A stretch of DNA of 64,000 nt from Promethearchaeota archaeon (GCA_048938895.1 JBHLLU010000001.1:1-64000), one strand, 5' to 3'; positions 38,429-49,773 are shown, counted from the stretch's first letter. Numbers and translations are program-made. The notes: a model not told the origin generated them from the letters alone.

Positions 38429-41400
38429 ATGAAAAAGAAAGAAAACATCCAAAAAATTTTCAAAAACAAAATTCCTGTTTGGGGCTATTCACCTAAAGGA
38501 GTAACTGATCCCTCACTTTCAATTCAATTATGTCAAGCCGGGGGAATTGGATTAATTGATTTGGAAGGTCTTAATCAAGATCAATGTCAAAATCAAATTG
38601 ATAAACTTTTTTCATCTTTGACTTCCGATCATTTATGGGGTATTCGAATTTCTAATCACAACCTTTTAAATACCCTCAACTTTCGAGATGTTATCCCGAT
38701 TATCGTTTGTGCTTTCTCCCCAAATAAAGATGATATTCAAAGTATGCAAAAAAATTCAAAATTACTTCTTTCTGAAGTCTCATACTTAGAAGAAGCTTAT
38801 GAAACTGCAGAATGGTCAGATTTGTTTCTTGTAAAGGGTCACGAGGCGGGAGGGATTGTTGGCACTAAGAATAGTTTTATACTTATTCAAGAATTTCAGA
38901 AAGCTGGCCTTTCCTTCATTATTCAAGGTGGTTTTGGAGTTTATAATGTATGTTCAGCTTTTATTGGGGGTGCTATAGGTGTTGTATTAGAAAGCCAGTT
39001 ATATTTACTCCCTGAATGCCCGTTGAGTCCAGATTTTAAGAATTACATTAAAACTATTGATGAAAATGATTTCTATATTGTGCAAGAAACGTCTCGATAT
39101 AATTACCGTTTAATTGGTAAATTAGCTAATAAATCAATCCGTACAATAAAGAGTTTTGAACAAAAAAACTATTCAAACGTAAATAATGATTTCGATACTA
39201 ATTACTTAACTCGTAAAGATGATTTTCATCAAGTAATTAAGAAGTTTATAGATAAATTTCCTCTTTATTCTGATTCAGATCCAAAGCATTCATTCTTACC
39301 AAGCGATCATGGTATATGTTTTGCTAATTTCATTTTGACTAAATTTCAGAATTTAGAGAATTTCCTTACGAATATAATTAATATTATTACTAATCAAATT
39401 AAAAATTGTATAAACAATTGGCCATTTACCAAGAATTCTGAGTTTGCGACAAAGTTAGGCATAAAATATCCAATTATTCAGGGACCAATGGCAAATATTT
39501 CTGATAATTTGTCTTTTGCGAGAAAAATATCAAATAATGGAGCCCTCCCTATTTTAGCGCTAGGAGGACTATTACCGGACGAAACATCTGAGCTGTTATC
39601 AAACTGTAATGCTGAAAAATTATCAGAGAATCCATATGGTTGTGGTATCATAGGTTTAGATGCCGTGAAACCTCGTAGAGATGAACATCTTAGATGTATT
39701 TCAAAATTTGGTCCTGAAATTATCTTAATTGCTGCGGGTACAATTGATCTTGGCGTTCAGGTTAAAAATTCAGGTAATATAGTTTTAATCCATACACCTG
39801 CATTATCTATGTTTAAAGAGGCATTAAAAAGAAATCTTAATTACATGATATTAGAAGGTAATGAGTGTGGGGGGCATGTTGGAACACTTTCCTCTTTCAC
39901 TCTCTGGGAACATGTTTTAGAATATATGGATATAGAACGAAAGAATTTTATACAGAAAGTAAATATAATTTTTGCAGGGGGGATAATTAATGGGGTAAGT
40001 TCAGCAATGCTAGCAGGAATGATATCTAATCATTTAGATATAATCACTCCAGGTATCCAGATGGGAACTGCTTATCTTTTAAGTGAAGAAATTGTTACAA
40101 CTAAGGCATTATCCCCTGTTTATCAAGAATTACTTTTAAATAATACATTTACAAATGTTATTGGTGTTACTGTAAATACTCGAGCTAGAGTAATCCCTTC
40201 GGAATTTTCGCTTTATACTATTAAAAATGAGTATTTACGTAAATCAAATGGAATTTCTTTATCCCAAAGAAAGAAATTGTATGAAGAAGACAATTTAGGT
40301 GCTCTTAGAATTGCTTCTAGAGCTGAGATTTGGAACGAGAATCATGAAAAAGTGAGTGGGACGTCTCAATTTATACCGATCTCAACTGAAGAACAATTAA
40401 CCAAAGGTGTTTTTATGACAGGTGATTCAATTTCCCTGCAAAAAACAATTAGAAGTATCCCTCAAATTCATTCTGATATAATTGAAGAAGGTTTGAAATT
40501 TATCAGAAAAAACTCAAATTATATTTTAAAAGAGACGTTAGGTCGTGTGCCTATGAATAAAGAAAAATACTTAAAAAAAATACAATCTATCGGAAATAAA
40601 ATAGCTATTGTAGGAATGGGTGGTTTGTTTCCAGATGCCGAAAACATTCCACAATTTTGGGACAACATCATTAGCAAAAAATATTCAATTACGACAGTCC
40701 CAAAAGATAGATGGGATTCTGATATATTTTATGATAGTGATCATTCCATTCCTGATAAAACATATACAAAGATCGGTGGATTTGTGAAAAAATTTGAATT
40801 TAAATCTATTAAGTATAGAATTCCTCCTAAAATGGCGGATAGGATGGATTTAGTTCAGAAGTGGGCAATAATTACTGCAGAAGAAGCTTTAATTGATGCT
40901 GGTTATCCTATTGATGGGAAAAAACGATTATCTATAGCTACTATTGTTGGTAACTCTTCAGGAGGAGATACGCAGCGTATTAGCAACAAACGGATATTAT
41001 TTAACGAAATTAAATATAGATTAAATGAAGCAAGTTCCCAAATGATTTTAAAACCTGAAGAAAAAGAAAATCTTCTTAAATTCCTCGAAAGTAAAATTAT
41101 TAATCATATTCCTGTGATTAATGAGGATACGATGCCTGGTGAATTGGCAAACATAATTGCAGGAAGAGTAGCAAACGTGTTTAATTTAACTGGTAAGAGC
41201 ATGACTACTGATGCTGCATGTGCTTCAAGTTTAGCTGCGATTGACACAGCAGTAAACGGATTATTAGTCAAGGATTATGATACAGTTCTTGTAGGAGGGG
41301 TTGATAGTTCGATGGACCCTCAAACATATATTAAATTCTGTAAGATAGGTGCCTTGTCTGAAGATGGTACTTATCCTTTTGATTCTCGTGCAAATGGATT

Positions 41401-44400
41401 TGTCATGGGCGAGGGTGCAGGATTTATAGTTTTAAAGCGACTTGAAGATGCTTTACATGATAAGAATAAAATCTATGCGATTATTAGTGGATTTGGAGGG
41501 TCTTCAGATGGAAAAGGAAAAGGTATAACTGCACCTAATCCTGAGGGACAAAGATTAGCTATTGAGAGAACCCTGGAAAATACTAATTTAAGCCCTTCAG
41601 ACATTCAATACCTTGAGTGCCATGGAACATCAACTATTGTTGGTGATGCCACCGAATTAAGTGTATTAAGCCAAATTTTTTCTGATCGAAATGTAAATCA
41701 AAAACTTGCATTAGGCTCAATAAAAAGTCAAATAGGGCATCTTAAAAGTGCAGCAGGTATAGCTAGTATTATTAAAACGGTATTAGCGTTATATAATAAA
41801 ATCATACCTCCATCCATTAACGTTTCAAATTTAAATCCCACAATAAATTGGGAAAATGCTCCTTATTATGTGAATACGGAACCAACTAAATGGTCAACAC
41901 CTGAAAATGGAATAAGAAGAGCAGGAGTTTCCTCATTTGGATTTGGAGGTACAAATTATCATGTAATCTTAGAAGAATTTTTACCACATCTATACACAAA
42001 TGTCTTAACTGAAAGAGCTGAGGATTTTCCGTTATGTGAAGAATTAATGTATAAACAATTTGAATCTCATCAAGACAATTCTATTATTCCTTCTTCCACT
42101 GATCTATGTTTTTTATTTAGTGGTCAAGGAAGCCAATATGTTGGGATGACTCGAGAGTTATATGAAAAATATCAAGTGGTTAAAAATACACTTAATAAAG
42201 CAAATGATATATGTAAAGAGTTTGGTAGTTTTAATTTATTAAAAATCATTTTTGGGGATAATAATTTATCTCAAGAAGAAAACTCAGATAAGTTAAAACA
42301 GACAGAATTTACTCAACCAGCTATCTATTCAGTTGAGATGGCTTTAGTTAATCTATTTAAATCAAAAGGGATTACCCCAGGGATTGTTGGAGGGCATAGT
42401 TTAGGAGAATTCGCAGCTTTAGTCACAGCAGGAGTATTAAGTTTTGAGGATGGATTGAAAACAGTAATTAGAAGAGGAATTTCAATGTCTGAATTACCTC
42501 CTGGTGTTCAATGCACCATGGCAGCGATATTTACATCACCAGATATAGTTGAGAAAACCCTTAATGAGTTATCTAATGAAGATGTCTCCATTTCAAATTA
42601 TAACTCTACTTCTCAGACGGTTATATCTGGTGAAATTTCTGCAGTCGAATCTATTATGGATGCATTTTCAAAGAAAGAAATTCGAGCAATAAGATTAAAT
42701 GTTTCGAATGCATTTCATTCTAAGTATGTAGCCCACGCTGAGGAAAAATTAAAAGACTTTTTAAAAACAATTGAATTTAAATCCCCTCAAATTCCAGTCT
42801 TTAGTAACGTGACGGGAAAGGTATATCCTAATGATCCTGATAAGATAAAATCAATCTTACTTAAACAGATAACCTCTCCCGTTAGATGGGTTGACGAAGT
42901 ATTAAATATGTATCAAAAAGGAGGAAGAAAATTCTTAGAATTAGGACCAAAAAAAGCTCTTTTCTTTTTTACCAAAGATATCTTGAAAAAGTATAAAGAT
43001 ATTGAGGTTAATTTTACTCTTTCACCAAAATCTTCAGAGAAAGATCATATTCAAAAAGTTTTTGATAGGTTCTCAGCTTTAGAATCAATCAGTCAAAAAG
43101 AAAGAGTTGAAATTGAGTATCCTTCCATTAAAGATAAGAAAATAAAAATATCGAGACAAGCAGAATCATCCATTATAAAGAGAGATACTTTAAGATCGAA
43201 TGAATATTTATCTAAAATTGTGCAACTTCCATCATTTAAGGATTTTCTAGAAGAACAAAAGGTTTCTCTATCTTCTGCTTTGATGGAAGGATTTTATAAA
43301 TATCTTGAGAAGAATAGTACTTCTATTGATAATCAATTTAATAAGGGTGATATAGATTCTACTCCCATTGTAATCACGGGTGTAGGTATTGGGCTTCCTG
43401 GCAAAAATCGTAAAGTTTTTGATGATAAAAATGTAGATGATATTTTAGATGGAATAAACTTAATCGATTTGGTAAGTACAGAATCTCAAAATCAATTGCT
43501 CCAAAAAAAAATCATACGTTTGGAAAAATCTCCGAATGGTAATGCAAAATTTGTTTCTGTAGATGACATTTCTAATGTAATTCACCTAGCAGGACAACTT
43601 GGAGAATTCAATCCCAATGAAGATTACCATCTAAATCCTAAGTTGTTGAATGCCTTAGATATCACATTTCAAATGGCAATCTGTGCAGGATACGATGCAC
43701 TTAAGGATTCAGGTATTCCATTAGTCCGCAGTACCATTAAAACTTCAACAGGAAAGACTTTGAGTGGAGATTGGATATTACCAGAATCATTACAGGATGA
43801 CACTGGCATAATTTTTGCATCCGCTTTCCCAGGATACGATAATTTTGTTGAAGAATTCCGGAAATATTCTAATTTTGATTGTGATCAGAAAAAGTCTATT
43901 GAAGAAAATGATAAAAATTTTAATCGTTCATTTTTGTTCAGAGTGTTATCTATGGGGCATTCTCAGTTTGCTCAATTAATAAAAGCAAAAGGTCCAAATA
44001 CCTCTACGAATGCTGCATGTGCCTCTACTCCTCAAGCTATAGGTATTGCTGAAGATTGGATACGCAATGGAAGATGTAAACGAGTCATTGTGATTACAGC
44101 AGACAATGTAACAAGTCGTAACCTTTTTCAATGGATAGGTGCAGGTTTTATTGCTAGCGGAGCCGCTACAACTAAAAATCGATGGGAAGATGCTGTACTT
44201 CCATTTGGAGAAGGAAGGAATGGAATTATTTTAGGTGCTGGTGCTAGTGCATTCGTAATCGAACAGCAGATGGAAGCTGAAGCTCGAGGTGTTAAACCAA
44301 TTGTTGAAATATTAGGTTCATATTTCGCAAATAGTGCCTTTCATGGTACCCGATTAGATAAAGATCATATTTCTCAAAAACTCGAAGAATTTATACAAAA

Positions 44401-47400
44401 GATTGAGAGAACATATGATATTACTAGAGAAGAATTGGCAAAGGAAGGAATGTTTGTGAGTCATGAAACTTACTCTCCAGCCCGAGGAGGAAGTGCTGAA
44501 TCGGAATTGATTGCTTTAAGAAACACGTTTGGAAATTATGCTCAAGATATGGTTATTATCAACACGAAAGGATATACTGGTCATGCAATGGGGGCTGGAA
44601 TTGAAGAAGCTGTCGCTATCAAGTCACTTGAAAAAGGGAAAATCCCACCAATAGCAAATTTGAATAGAATTGACCCAAATTATTCAAATTTCAACTTTTC
44701 AGCTGGAATAAATGAAAGGAAGAAATATGCTTTACGTTTTGCTGCAGGATTTGGATCTCAATTAGCAATTGTTCTATTTCGTCTAAAGTCATTCAATAAC
44801 CGTTTTGCAAATCCAAATTACCAAAAATGGCTTCAAAGCATAGGTGGAGACGAAAAATTAATATTTATCGATGGAAGACTTCTAAAAATGAAAACTGAAC
44901 GTGTTCCCCTCAAAAAAGCTACTATCTTTTCTACAGAAACAACTGAAAGTTCCCAGAAAGTAATTCCTTCTGGAACAAGTGAAATTCTGAATGAGATCAA
45001 ATACATAATTAGTTTAAAAACTGGGTATGATCCAGCTGATATTGATGATACATTCGATTTAGAGGAAGATCTAGGAATTGATACTGTAAAACAGGCAGAA
45101 ATATTTGGTGAAATTAAAAAAAAATGGGATATTGAAGTGGATGATTCATTTAATTTAGCAGATTATCGCACAATTAATGAAATTGTCCAAATGTTGAATG
45201 ATTTCTTAAGGGTAGATCTTATAACTGAAAATGATTTTTCTTGTCTCAATGAATTTTCGCTTGAAAAAGAATTAATAAATATAATTTCTGAAAAGACAGG
45301 ATATGATATTGAAGACATCGACATTGAATTTGATTTAGAGGAGGATCTTGGGATTGATACAGTAAAACAAGCTGAGATATTTGGGGCGCTTCGGAGTAAT
45401 TTGAACATCCCAGAGGACACTGAAATCAATCTATTAGGATTAGGAAGTATTAAAAATATAATTCAAAAAATACAAGTATTAATGAGTGACAAGATTATTG
45501 ATGGAAAATTAACTCAAAATATCTATACTCCTATTGAAGTACCTGATGACATAAAACAAATAAATAATTTAGTAAAAAAAATTATTGCAGAAAAAACAGG
45601 GTATGACCTTAATGACATTGATGACTTATATGACTTAGAGGAAGACTTGGGAATTGATACAGTGAAACAGGCCGAAATCTTCGGAGAATTACGTAATCAT
45701 TACAAACTAGAAGATTCCATTGAGATTAACATATCTGAAATTCGCACTCCAAATGATATTACTCAATTTATAATGCAATATTTCAATGAGAAATCCAAAA
45801 TCGTTGAAAAAGACTTAGGAACGACTGGAAGCGTAGATAAAGTTCAAGAAGAGATAAAAGAGGAAAAACAAGATAGTATTTATGTTTCACAAGTTGTCCC
45901 CTCTCAAATTTTTAAATTAGAAACCCCAGAAATAGATTTGAAATATAAAAGTACGGATACTTTACTCCTTAATATTAATTTAGGGTTATCAAATTACGGA
46001 AAATTGATAAAAAGTTTTGAAAACTATGGCTTAAAAATTCAAGTATTAAATGTTAATAGTGATGAAAATTTTTCTAGTGATCTTAACAATAAAAAACATG
46101 ATTCTCTATTCAATACTGATTTTAAAATACTTCTATTGGTCACTCCAGATAATAATCAATACACTATAGATGATAGTTTAAGCATCTTTGATAATCTATT
46201 CCTTATTTTTCAATCATTAAATTTATCAATAATCGAAAGAATATTAGTGCTTTCTCCAGAAACTACTTTTGGTTGGGAAGAAGGAGCCAATCCTCTTTCT
46301 GCTAGTATAAGTGCCTTTATAAAAACAATAAATCGCGAATTTAAAATTCCGATTAAACTAATTTCTTCAAAGAATCTAAGTAAAATTTCTCAGGAGTTTC
46401 TTACTTGGGATACTGTTGAAGAAGTTTCCTATGTAGATAATTTTCGTTATACATTATTAAGACAGAAAATTGAGGTACTCCCAGAACAGAATCCTTTATC
46501 AATAACGGAAGAAGATGTATTATTGGTCACTGGAGGTGCACAAGGAATCACTTTTGCATGCATCGATGAATTAACAAACTATACTAAACCACAGTTAATT
46601 CTTATGGGACTAGCTTCTTACGAAAATTCATTGAACGAATATTTAAATTATACTCCAGAAATGTTGAATGAGAAAAAGCTAGAATTGGTTAACAAGTTGA
46701 AATCTGAACATAAAAGAGTAACTCCTGTCATGATAAATAAAGAATGGAAAAATTTTCTCGACAAACTAGATACTCTAAGAAATATTGAAAAATTGAGAAG
46801 TAAAGGTCTTAAAGTGCAATATTTTGCGGGGGATATTACCGATGATGAATTTGTAAGCACTACACTCCAAAAAAGTTATAAACAAAATAAAAATCCAATA
46901 ACAATTGTTATCCATGGAGCTGGAATTGAAGAATCAAAAAATTTCTTAAATAAAAAATTAAATGTGGCTCATAAAGTTGTTGATGTCAAAGTTGGAGGAT
47001 TTTCAAATATTCTGAAGCATATAAAGCTTCAAGATGTTAAATATTTCATAGCCTTCTGTTCAGTTGCAGGTCGTTATGGAAATCAAGGACAAATAGATTA
47101 TGCTTTTGCAAATTCTTATTTATCTCGGTTAGCTTGGAAATTCAATCAAGATAAAATTCCTTTTCTTATTTTTGATTGGACTGCTTGGGCTGACATTGGA
47201 ATGGCAACTCAGGGTTCGACTCTTCAAATTCTTACTCAAGCAGGTGTTAGGCCTGTCCCATCCAAAACTGGTGTTAAAATATTTACAAAGTTAGTACTAA
47301 ATAATTTTACTGGTGAATACGTCATTGCTGGAGAATTAGGAATATTTGAGGAGAAGCTTCGTATAGAGGAGGTTATTAGCAAGTTAGAATATCCTATGTT

Positions 47401-48973
47401 AGAGAGAATTAATTATCAGTCAGCTCGTATTATTGGATACAACACAATTGATTCTAAATTCGATGTATATCTTCTAGATCACCAAATTCAACGGAAACCA
47501 GTATTTCCAGGAGTAATGGTTTTAGAAACATTTGCAGAATTTTATCATCGAATGTTTGATAAACCATTAACCTCAATCTCTAATGTAAATTTTCTTACGC
47601 CCTTGAAAATCCCAATAGATAAAACTATTAATATAGAACTAATTTTTAATAAATCTAATAACGAAATTTCTTTCCAATCAAAGACTTTTCCCACTATCTT
47701 GAAAGGAAAACCTCTTGTTAAAGAACGTTTCAATGCTAAGTTCAATGAACCTACAAATGAGCTGAAGTGGAAAAAAGAATCTATTTCGGAGCCGTTAATA
47801 TCACTACTCGAGAAAACCGAAATTTATGAGCTTTTCTTTCATGGACCAAAATTTCAGGTTTTAAAAGAAGTTATTCAATTAGAAAAAGAAAAAATTGTTA
47901 CGATGGTTGACTTACCTACAGCCCCTCTTATTAATAATAAGGAGGATCAATTTCAAATTAAACCTTTGATACTTGAAAGTGTTTTTCAAACCGCTGCACT
48001 TTTTGATTTTATAATTAATGGTTATCTTTCACTTCCCTCTAAAATTTCAATCTTGAAAATATTATCAAATCAAAAGCCTAAATATATAGTCGCTAAATTT
48101 TTAAAGAGGGATGATGAGAAATCTTATTACAATTCAGTAGTGCTAAGTGAAGATCAAGAAATAATAGTAATAATGGAAAATTTAGAAATTATCCATGCAC
48201 CAATGGCAAAAAATATCTCTCCTAATCTATCTAATTATTTAGGTACATTAAAGGAGTATTATCACCTTAAAAATAACATAAATAAGCATGAGATTCATGT
48301 CCTTCCTATCACAAAGATACATAATTTATATCAAACCAATCCTAAATTTTTGGATTATTACCTTACTGAACAAGAAATAGATAACTCCAAGCGTTTTAGA
48401 AATTTAAAAAGAAAAATCGAATATTTTTCTGGAATCATCGCAGCAAAAGAATTGTATTTTAGAAATTCGTACAAGCGTGAGTCTTATCACGATATTGAAA
48501 TTCAAAAAGATGATAAAGGTAAACCATTTTATTTTTCAAATAAATTGAATCAAATTATTCCGCTTAATCTTTCAATTAGTCATTCAAACGAATTTTCAGT
48601 TGCAATTAATGGTAAAAATTTGGTTGGTATTGATCTAGAGATAATTGAATTCCGATCATCTTCATTTTACAAAGAGGTATTTACTGAATTAGAGAGAAAT
48701 GCTATTTCAGAAGATAATCAATTAGGAACAATTTACTGGACAGCTAAAGAAGCCTTCTCAAAAGCAATAGGGGAGGGTTTTAATATTAATTTTAAAGATT
48801 TTGAATTGAAATACGAGGAAAAGCACAAAAAATTCACAATATCATTCAAAAATGAAAAATCTGAATTCAATGATAATCTTAGATCTTTACAATTGGGAGT
48901 TGATTATACCAAGAAGTATGTTTTATCATATTGCGAGTTGAAACCATTTAAAGAAATTCCAACAATCCAGTGA
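38429..48973 (+). CDS. Type I FAS/PKS megasynthase: 2x FMN enoyl-reductase-like, KS, AT, second KS, 3x ACP, KR, DH, PPTase
   Basis: KGHEAGG and QGPM/EGNECGGH/GIQMGT (FabK/NMO barrels); DAACASS/HGTST/KSQIGHL (KS); GQGSQ/GHSLG/AFHS (AT); NAACAST/SHET/TGHAMG (KS2); 3x DLGIDTVKQ; TGGAQGI/DYAFAN (KR); DHQ...FPG (DH); SISHS/GIDLE/WTAKEA (PPTase). Confidence 0.95.
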   Translation: MKKKENIQKIFKNKIPVWGYSPKGVTDPSLSIQLCQAGGIGLIDLEGLNQDQCQNQIDKLFSSLTSDHLWGIRISNHNLLNTLNFRDVIPIIVCAFSPNKDDIQSMQKNSKLLLSEVSYLEEAYETAEWSDLFLVKGHEAGGIVGTKNSFILIQEFQKAGLSFIIQGGFGVYNVCSAFIGGAIGVVLESQLYLLPECPLSPDFKNYIKTIDENDFYIVQETSRYNYRLIGKLANKSIRTIKSFEQKNYSNVNNDFDTNYLTRKDDFHQVIKKFIDKFPLYSDSDPKHSFLPSDHGICFANFILTKFQNLENFLTNIINIITNQIKNCINNWPFTKNSEFATKLGIKYPIIQGPMANISDNLSFARKISNNGALPILALGGLLPDETSELLSNCNAEKLSENPYGCGIIGLDAVKPRRDEHLRCISKFGPEIILIAAGTIDLGVQVKNSGNIVLIHTPALSMFKEALKRNLNYMILEGNECGGHVGTLSSFTLWEHVLEYMDIERKNFIQKVNIIFAGGIINGVSSAMLAGMISNHLDIITPGIQMGTAYLLSEEIVTTKALSPVYQELLLNNTFTNVIGVTVNTRARVIPSEFSLYTIKNEYLRKSNGISLSQRKKLYEEDNLGALRIASRAEIWNENHEKVSGTSQFIPISTEEQLTKGVFMTGDSISLQKTIRSIPQIHSDIIEEGLKFIRKNSNYILKETLGRVPMNKEKYLKKIQSIGNKIAIVGMGGLFPDAENIPQFWDNIISKKYSITTVPKDRWDSDIFYDSDHSIPDKTYTKIGGFVKKFEFKSIKYRIPPKMADRMDLVQKWAIITAEEALIDAGYPIDGKKRLSIATIVGNSSGGDTQRISNKRILFNEIKYRLNEASSQMILKPEEKENLLKFLESKIINHIPVINEDTMPGELANIIAGRVANVFNLTGKSMTTDAACASSLAAIDTAVNGLLVKDYDTVLVGGVDSSMDPQTYIKFCKIGALSEDGTYPFDSRANGFVMGEGAGFIVLKRLEDALHDKNKIYAIISGFGGSSDGKGKGITAPNPEGQRLAIERTLENTNLSPSDIQYLECHGTSTIVGDATELSVLSQIFSDRNVNQKLALGSIKSQIGHLKSAAGIASIIKTVLALYNKIIPPSINVSNLNPTINWENAPYYVNTEPTKWSTPENGIRRAGVSSFGFGGTNYHVILEEFLPHLYTNVLTERAEDFPLCEELMYKQFESHQDNSIIPSSTDLCFLFSGQGSQYVGMTRELYEKYQVVKNTLNKANDICKEFGSFNLLKIIFGDNNLSQEENSDKLKQTEFTQPAIYSVEMALVNLFKSKGITPGIVGGHSLGEFAALVTAGVLSFEDGLKTVIRRGISMSELPPGVQCTMAAIFTSPDIVEKTLNELSNEDVSISNYNSTSQTVISGEISAVESIMDAFSKKEIRAIRLNVSNAFHSKYVAHAEEKLKDFLKTIEFKSPQIPVFSNVTGKVYPNDPDKIKSILLKQITSPVRWVDEVLNMYQKGGRKFLELGPKKALFFFTKDILKKYKDIEVNFTLSPKSSEKDHIQKVFDRFSALESISQKERVEIEYPSIKDKKIKISRQAESSIIKRDTLRSNEYLSKIVQLPSFKDFLEEQKVSLSSALMEGFYKYLEKNSTSIDNQFNKGDIDSTPIVITGVGIGLPGKNRKVFDDKNVDDILDGINLIDLVSTESQNQLLQKKIIRLEKSPNGNAKFVSVDDISNVIHLAGQLGEFNPNEDYHLNPKLLNALDITFQMAICAGYDALKDSGIPLVRSTIKTSTGKTLSGDWILPESLQDDTGIIFASAFPGYDNFVEEFRKYSNFDCDQKKSIEENDKNFNRSFLFRVLSMGHSQFAQLIKAKGPNTSTNAACASTPQAIGIAEDWIRNGRCKRVIVITADNVTSRNLFQWIGAGFIASGAATTKNRWEDAVLPFGEGRNGIILGAGASAFVIEQQMEAEARGVKPIVEILGSYFANSAFHGTRLDKDHISQKLEEFIQKIERTYDITREELAKEGMFVSHETYSPARGGSAESELIALRNTFGNYAQDMVIINTKGYTGHAMGAGIEEAVAIKSLEKGKIPPIANLNRIDPNYSNFNFSAGINERKKYALRFAAGFGSQLAIVLFRLKSFNNRFANPNYQKWLQSIGGDEKLIFIDGRLLKMKTERVPLKKATIFSTETTESSQKVIPSGTSEILNEIKYIISLKTGYDPADIDDTFDLEEDLGIDTVKQAEIFGEIKKKWDIEVDDSFNLADYRTINEIVQMLNDFLRVDLITENDFSCLNEFSLEKELINIISEKTGYDIEDIDIEFDLEEDLGIDTVKQAEIFGALRSNLNIPEDTEINLLGLGSIKNIIQKIQVLMSDKIIDGKLTQNIYTPIEVPDDIKQINNLVKKIIAEKTGYDLNDIDDLYDLEEDLGIDTVKQAEIFGELRNHYKLEDSIEINISEIRTPNDITQFIMQYFNEKSKIVEKDLGTTGSVDKVQEEIKEEKQDSIYVSQVVPSQIFKLETPEIDLKYKSTDTLLLNINLGLSNYGKLIKSFENYGLKIQVLNVNSDENFSSDLNNKKHDSLFNTDFKILLLVTPDNNQYTIDDSLSIFDNLFLIFQSLNLSIIERILVLSPETTFGWEEGANPLSASISAFIKTINREFKIPIKLISSKNLSKISQEFLTWDTVEEVSYVDNFRYTLLRQKIEVLPEQNPLSITEEDVLLVTGGAQGITFACIDELTNYTKPQLILMGLASYENSLNEYLNYTPEMLNEKKLELVNKLKSEHKRVTPVMINKEWKNFLDKLDTLRNIEKLRSKGLKVQYFAGDITDDEFVSTTLQKSYKQNKNPITIVIHGAGIEESKNFLNKKLNVAHKVVDVKVGGFSNILKHIKLQDVKYFIAFCSVAGRYGNQGQIDYAFANSYLSRLAWKFNQDKIPFLIFDWTAWADIGMATQGSTLQILTQAGVRPVPSKTGVKIFTKLVLNNFTGEYVIAGELGIFEEKLRIEEVISKLEYPMLERINYQSARIIGYNTIDSKFDVYLLDHQIQRKPVFPGVMVLETFAEFYHRMFDKPLTSISNVNFLTPLKIPIDKTINIELIFNKSNNEISFQSKTFPTILKGKPLVKERFNAKFNEPTNELKWKKESISEPLISLLEKTEIYELFFHGPKFQVLKEVIQLEKEKIVTMVDLPTAPLINNKEDQFQIKPLILESVFQTAALFDFIINGYLSLPSKISILKILSNQKPKYIVAKFLKRDDEKSYYNSVVLSEDQEIIVIMENLEIIHAPMAKNISPNLSNYLGTLKEYYHLKNNINKHEIHVLPITKIHNLYQTNPKFLDYYLTEQEIDNSKRFRNLKRKIEYFSGIIAAKELYFRNSYKRESYHDIEIQKDDKGKPFYFSNKLNQIIPLNLSISHSNEFSVAINGKNLVGIDLEIIEFRSSSFYKEVFTELERNAISEDNQLGTIYWTAKEAFSKAIGEGFNINFKDFELKYEEKHKKFTISFKNEKSEFNDNLRSLQLGVDYTKKYVLSYCELKPFKEIPTIQ
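44980..45785 (+). repeat. Three tandem ACP-domain repeats within the megasynthase
   Basis: KTGYD...DLEEDLGIDTVKQAEIFG repeated three times; Thr codons at 45083, 45359 and 45659. Confidence 0.9.
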
Positions 48974-49761
48974 TAGTAATGAGAAAAGAAGTGATTGAAG
49001 TAGAAGTTCGATCTGAAATTCTGCAAGGAGTACTCTATTTACCTGATGAAAAAGATCCAAAAATTAGTGAATGTAATCCATTTCCAATCGTGATTCGTGT
49101 TAATGGAATGCCTGGTAAATCTCCCGAAGAAGATGAAACGAGATTTGCCCATCTTTTTGTTAACAATGAATTTGCTTATTTCACTTATGATCACCAAGGT
49201 GTGAGGAAAAGTACCGGTATTTTTACTTATTATGACGCTCAAGCAAATATCGAAAATGTAATAAATCAGTTAGTGCATCATCCTGAGATGAATCCTATTA
49301 AAATTGGCCTGTTAGGAGAAAGTTTTGGGGGTGCAATGGCTTTTTGCCATACTGTAAGAGATAAACGTGTTAAATGTCTTGCTATACGTTCTCCTGTTTT
49401 TGATACAGAAATTATTCCAAAGAATCCTCTTTTTAAATTTTTCATCAAAGCATTAACACGTAATAAAAAAATGCGATTTCCCGAAGGAGATCTCAAAAAA
49501 AAGTATGCTGAACAAACAAGACAATATAATCCCAATAGATTAGCGGATAAATTAGCAAAACCTTTCTATCTGATTGCAGGAAATAAGGATGTTTTATTTC
49601 CAGAATCTGGTTTTCATCAACTCTTTAATAAAGTCAAGTCTGAAAATAAAAAAATTGAAATAATTGATGGAGCTGATCATAACTTTACAGATAAAAATCA
49701 TTTTCACCTAATGCGTAAAAATATTATTGATTTCTTTAGATTTCATCTTATAGTAAATTAA
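48970..49761 (+). CDS. Alpha/beta hydrolase, putative standalone thioesterase
   Basis: GESFG nucleophile elbow, GNKD, GADHNF triad; start overlaps the synthase stop (GTGA). Confidence 0.8.
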   Translation: MIVMRKEVIEVEVRSEILQGVLYLPDEKDPKISECNPFPIVIRVNGMPGKSPEEDETRFAHLFVNNEFAYFTYDHQGVRKSTGIFTYYDAQANIENVINQLVHHPEMNPIKIGLLGESFGGAMAFCHTVRDKRVKCLAIRSPVFDTEIIPKNPLFKFFIKALTRNKKMRFPEGDLKKKYAEQTRQYNPNRLADKLAKPFYLIAGNKDVLFPESGFHQLFNKVKSENKKIEIIDGADHNFTDKNHFHLMRKNIIDFFRFHLIVN

Positions 49762-49773
49762 ATTGAAATTAGG

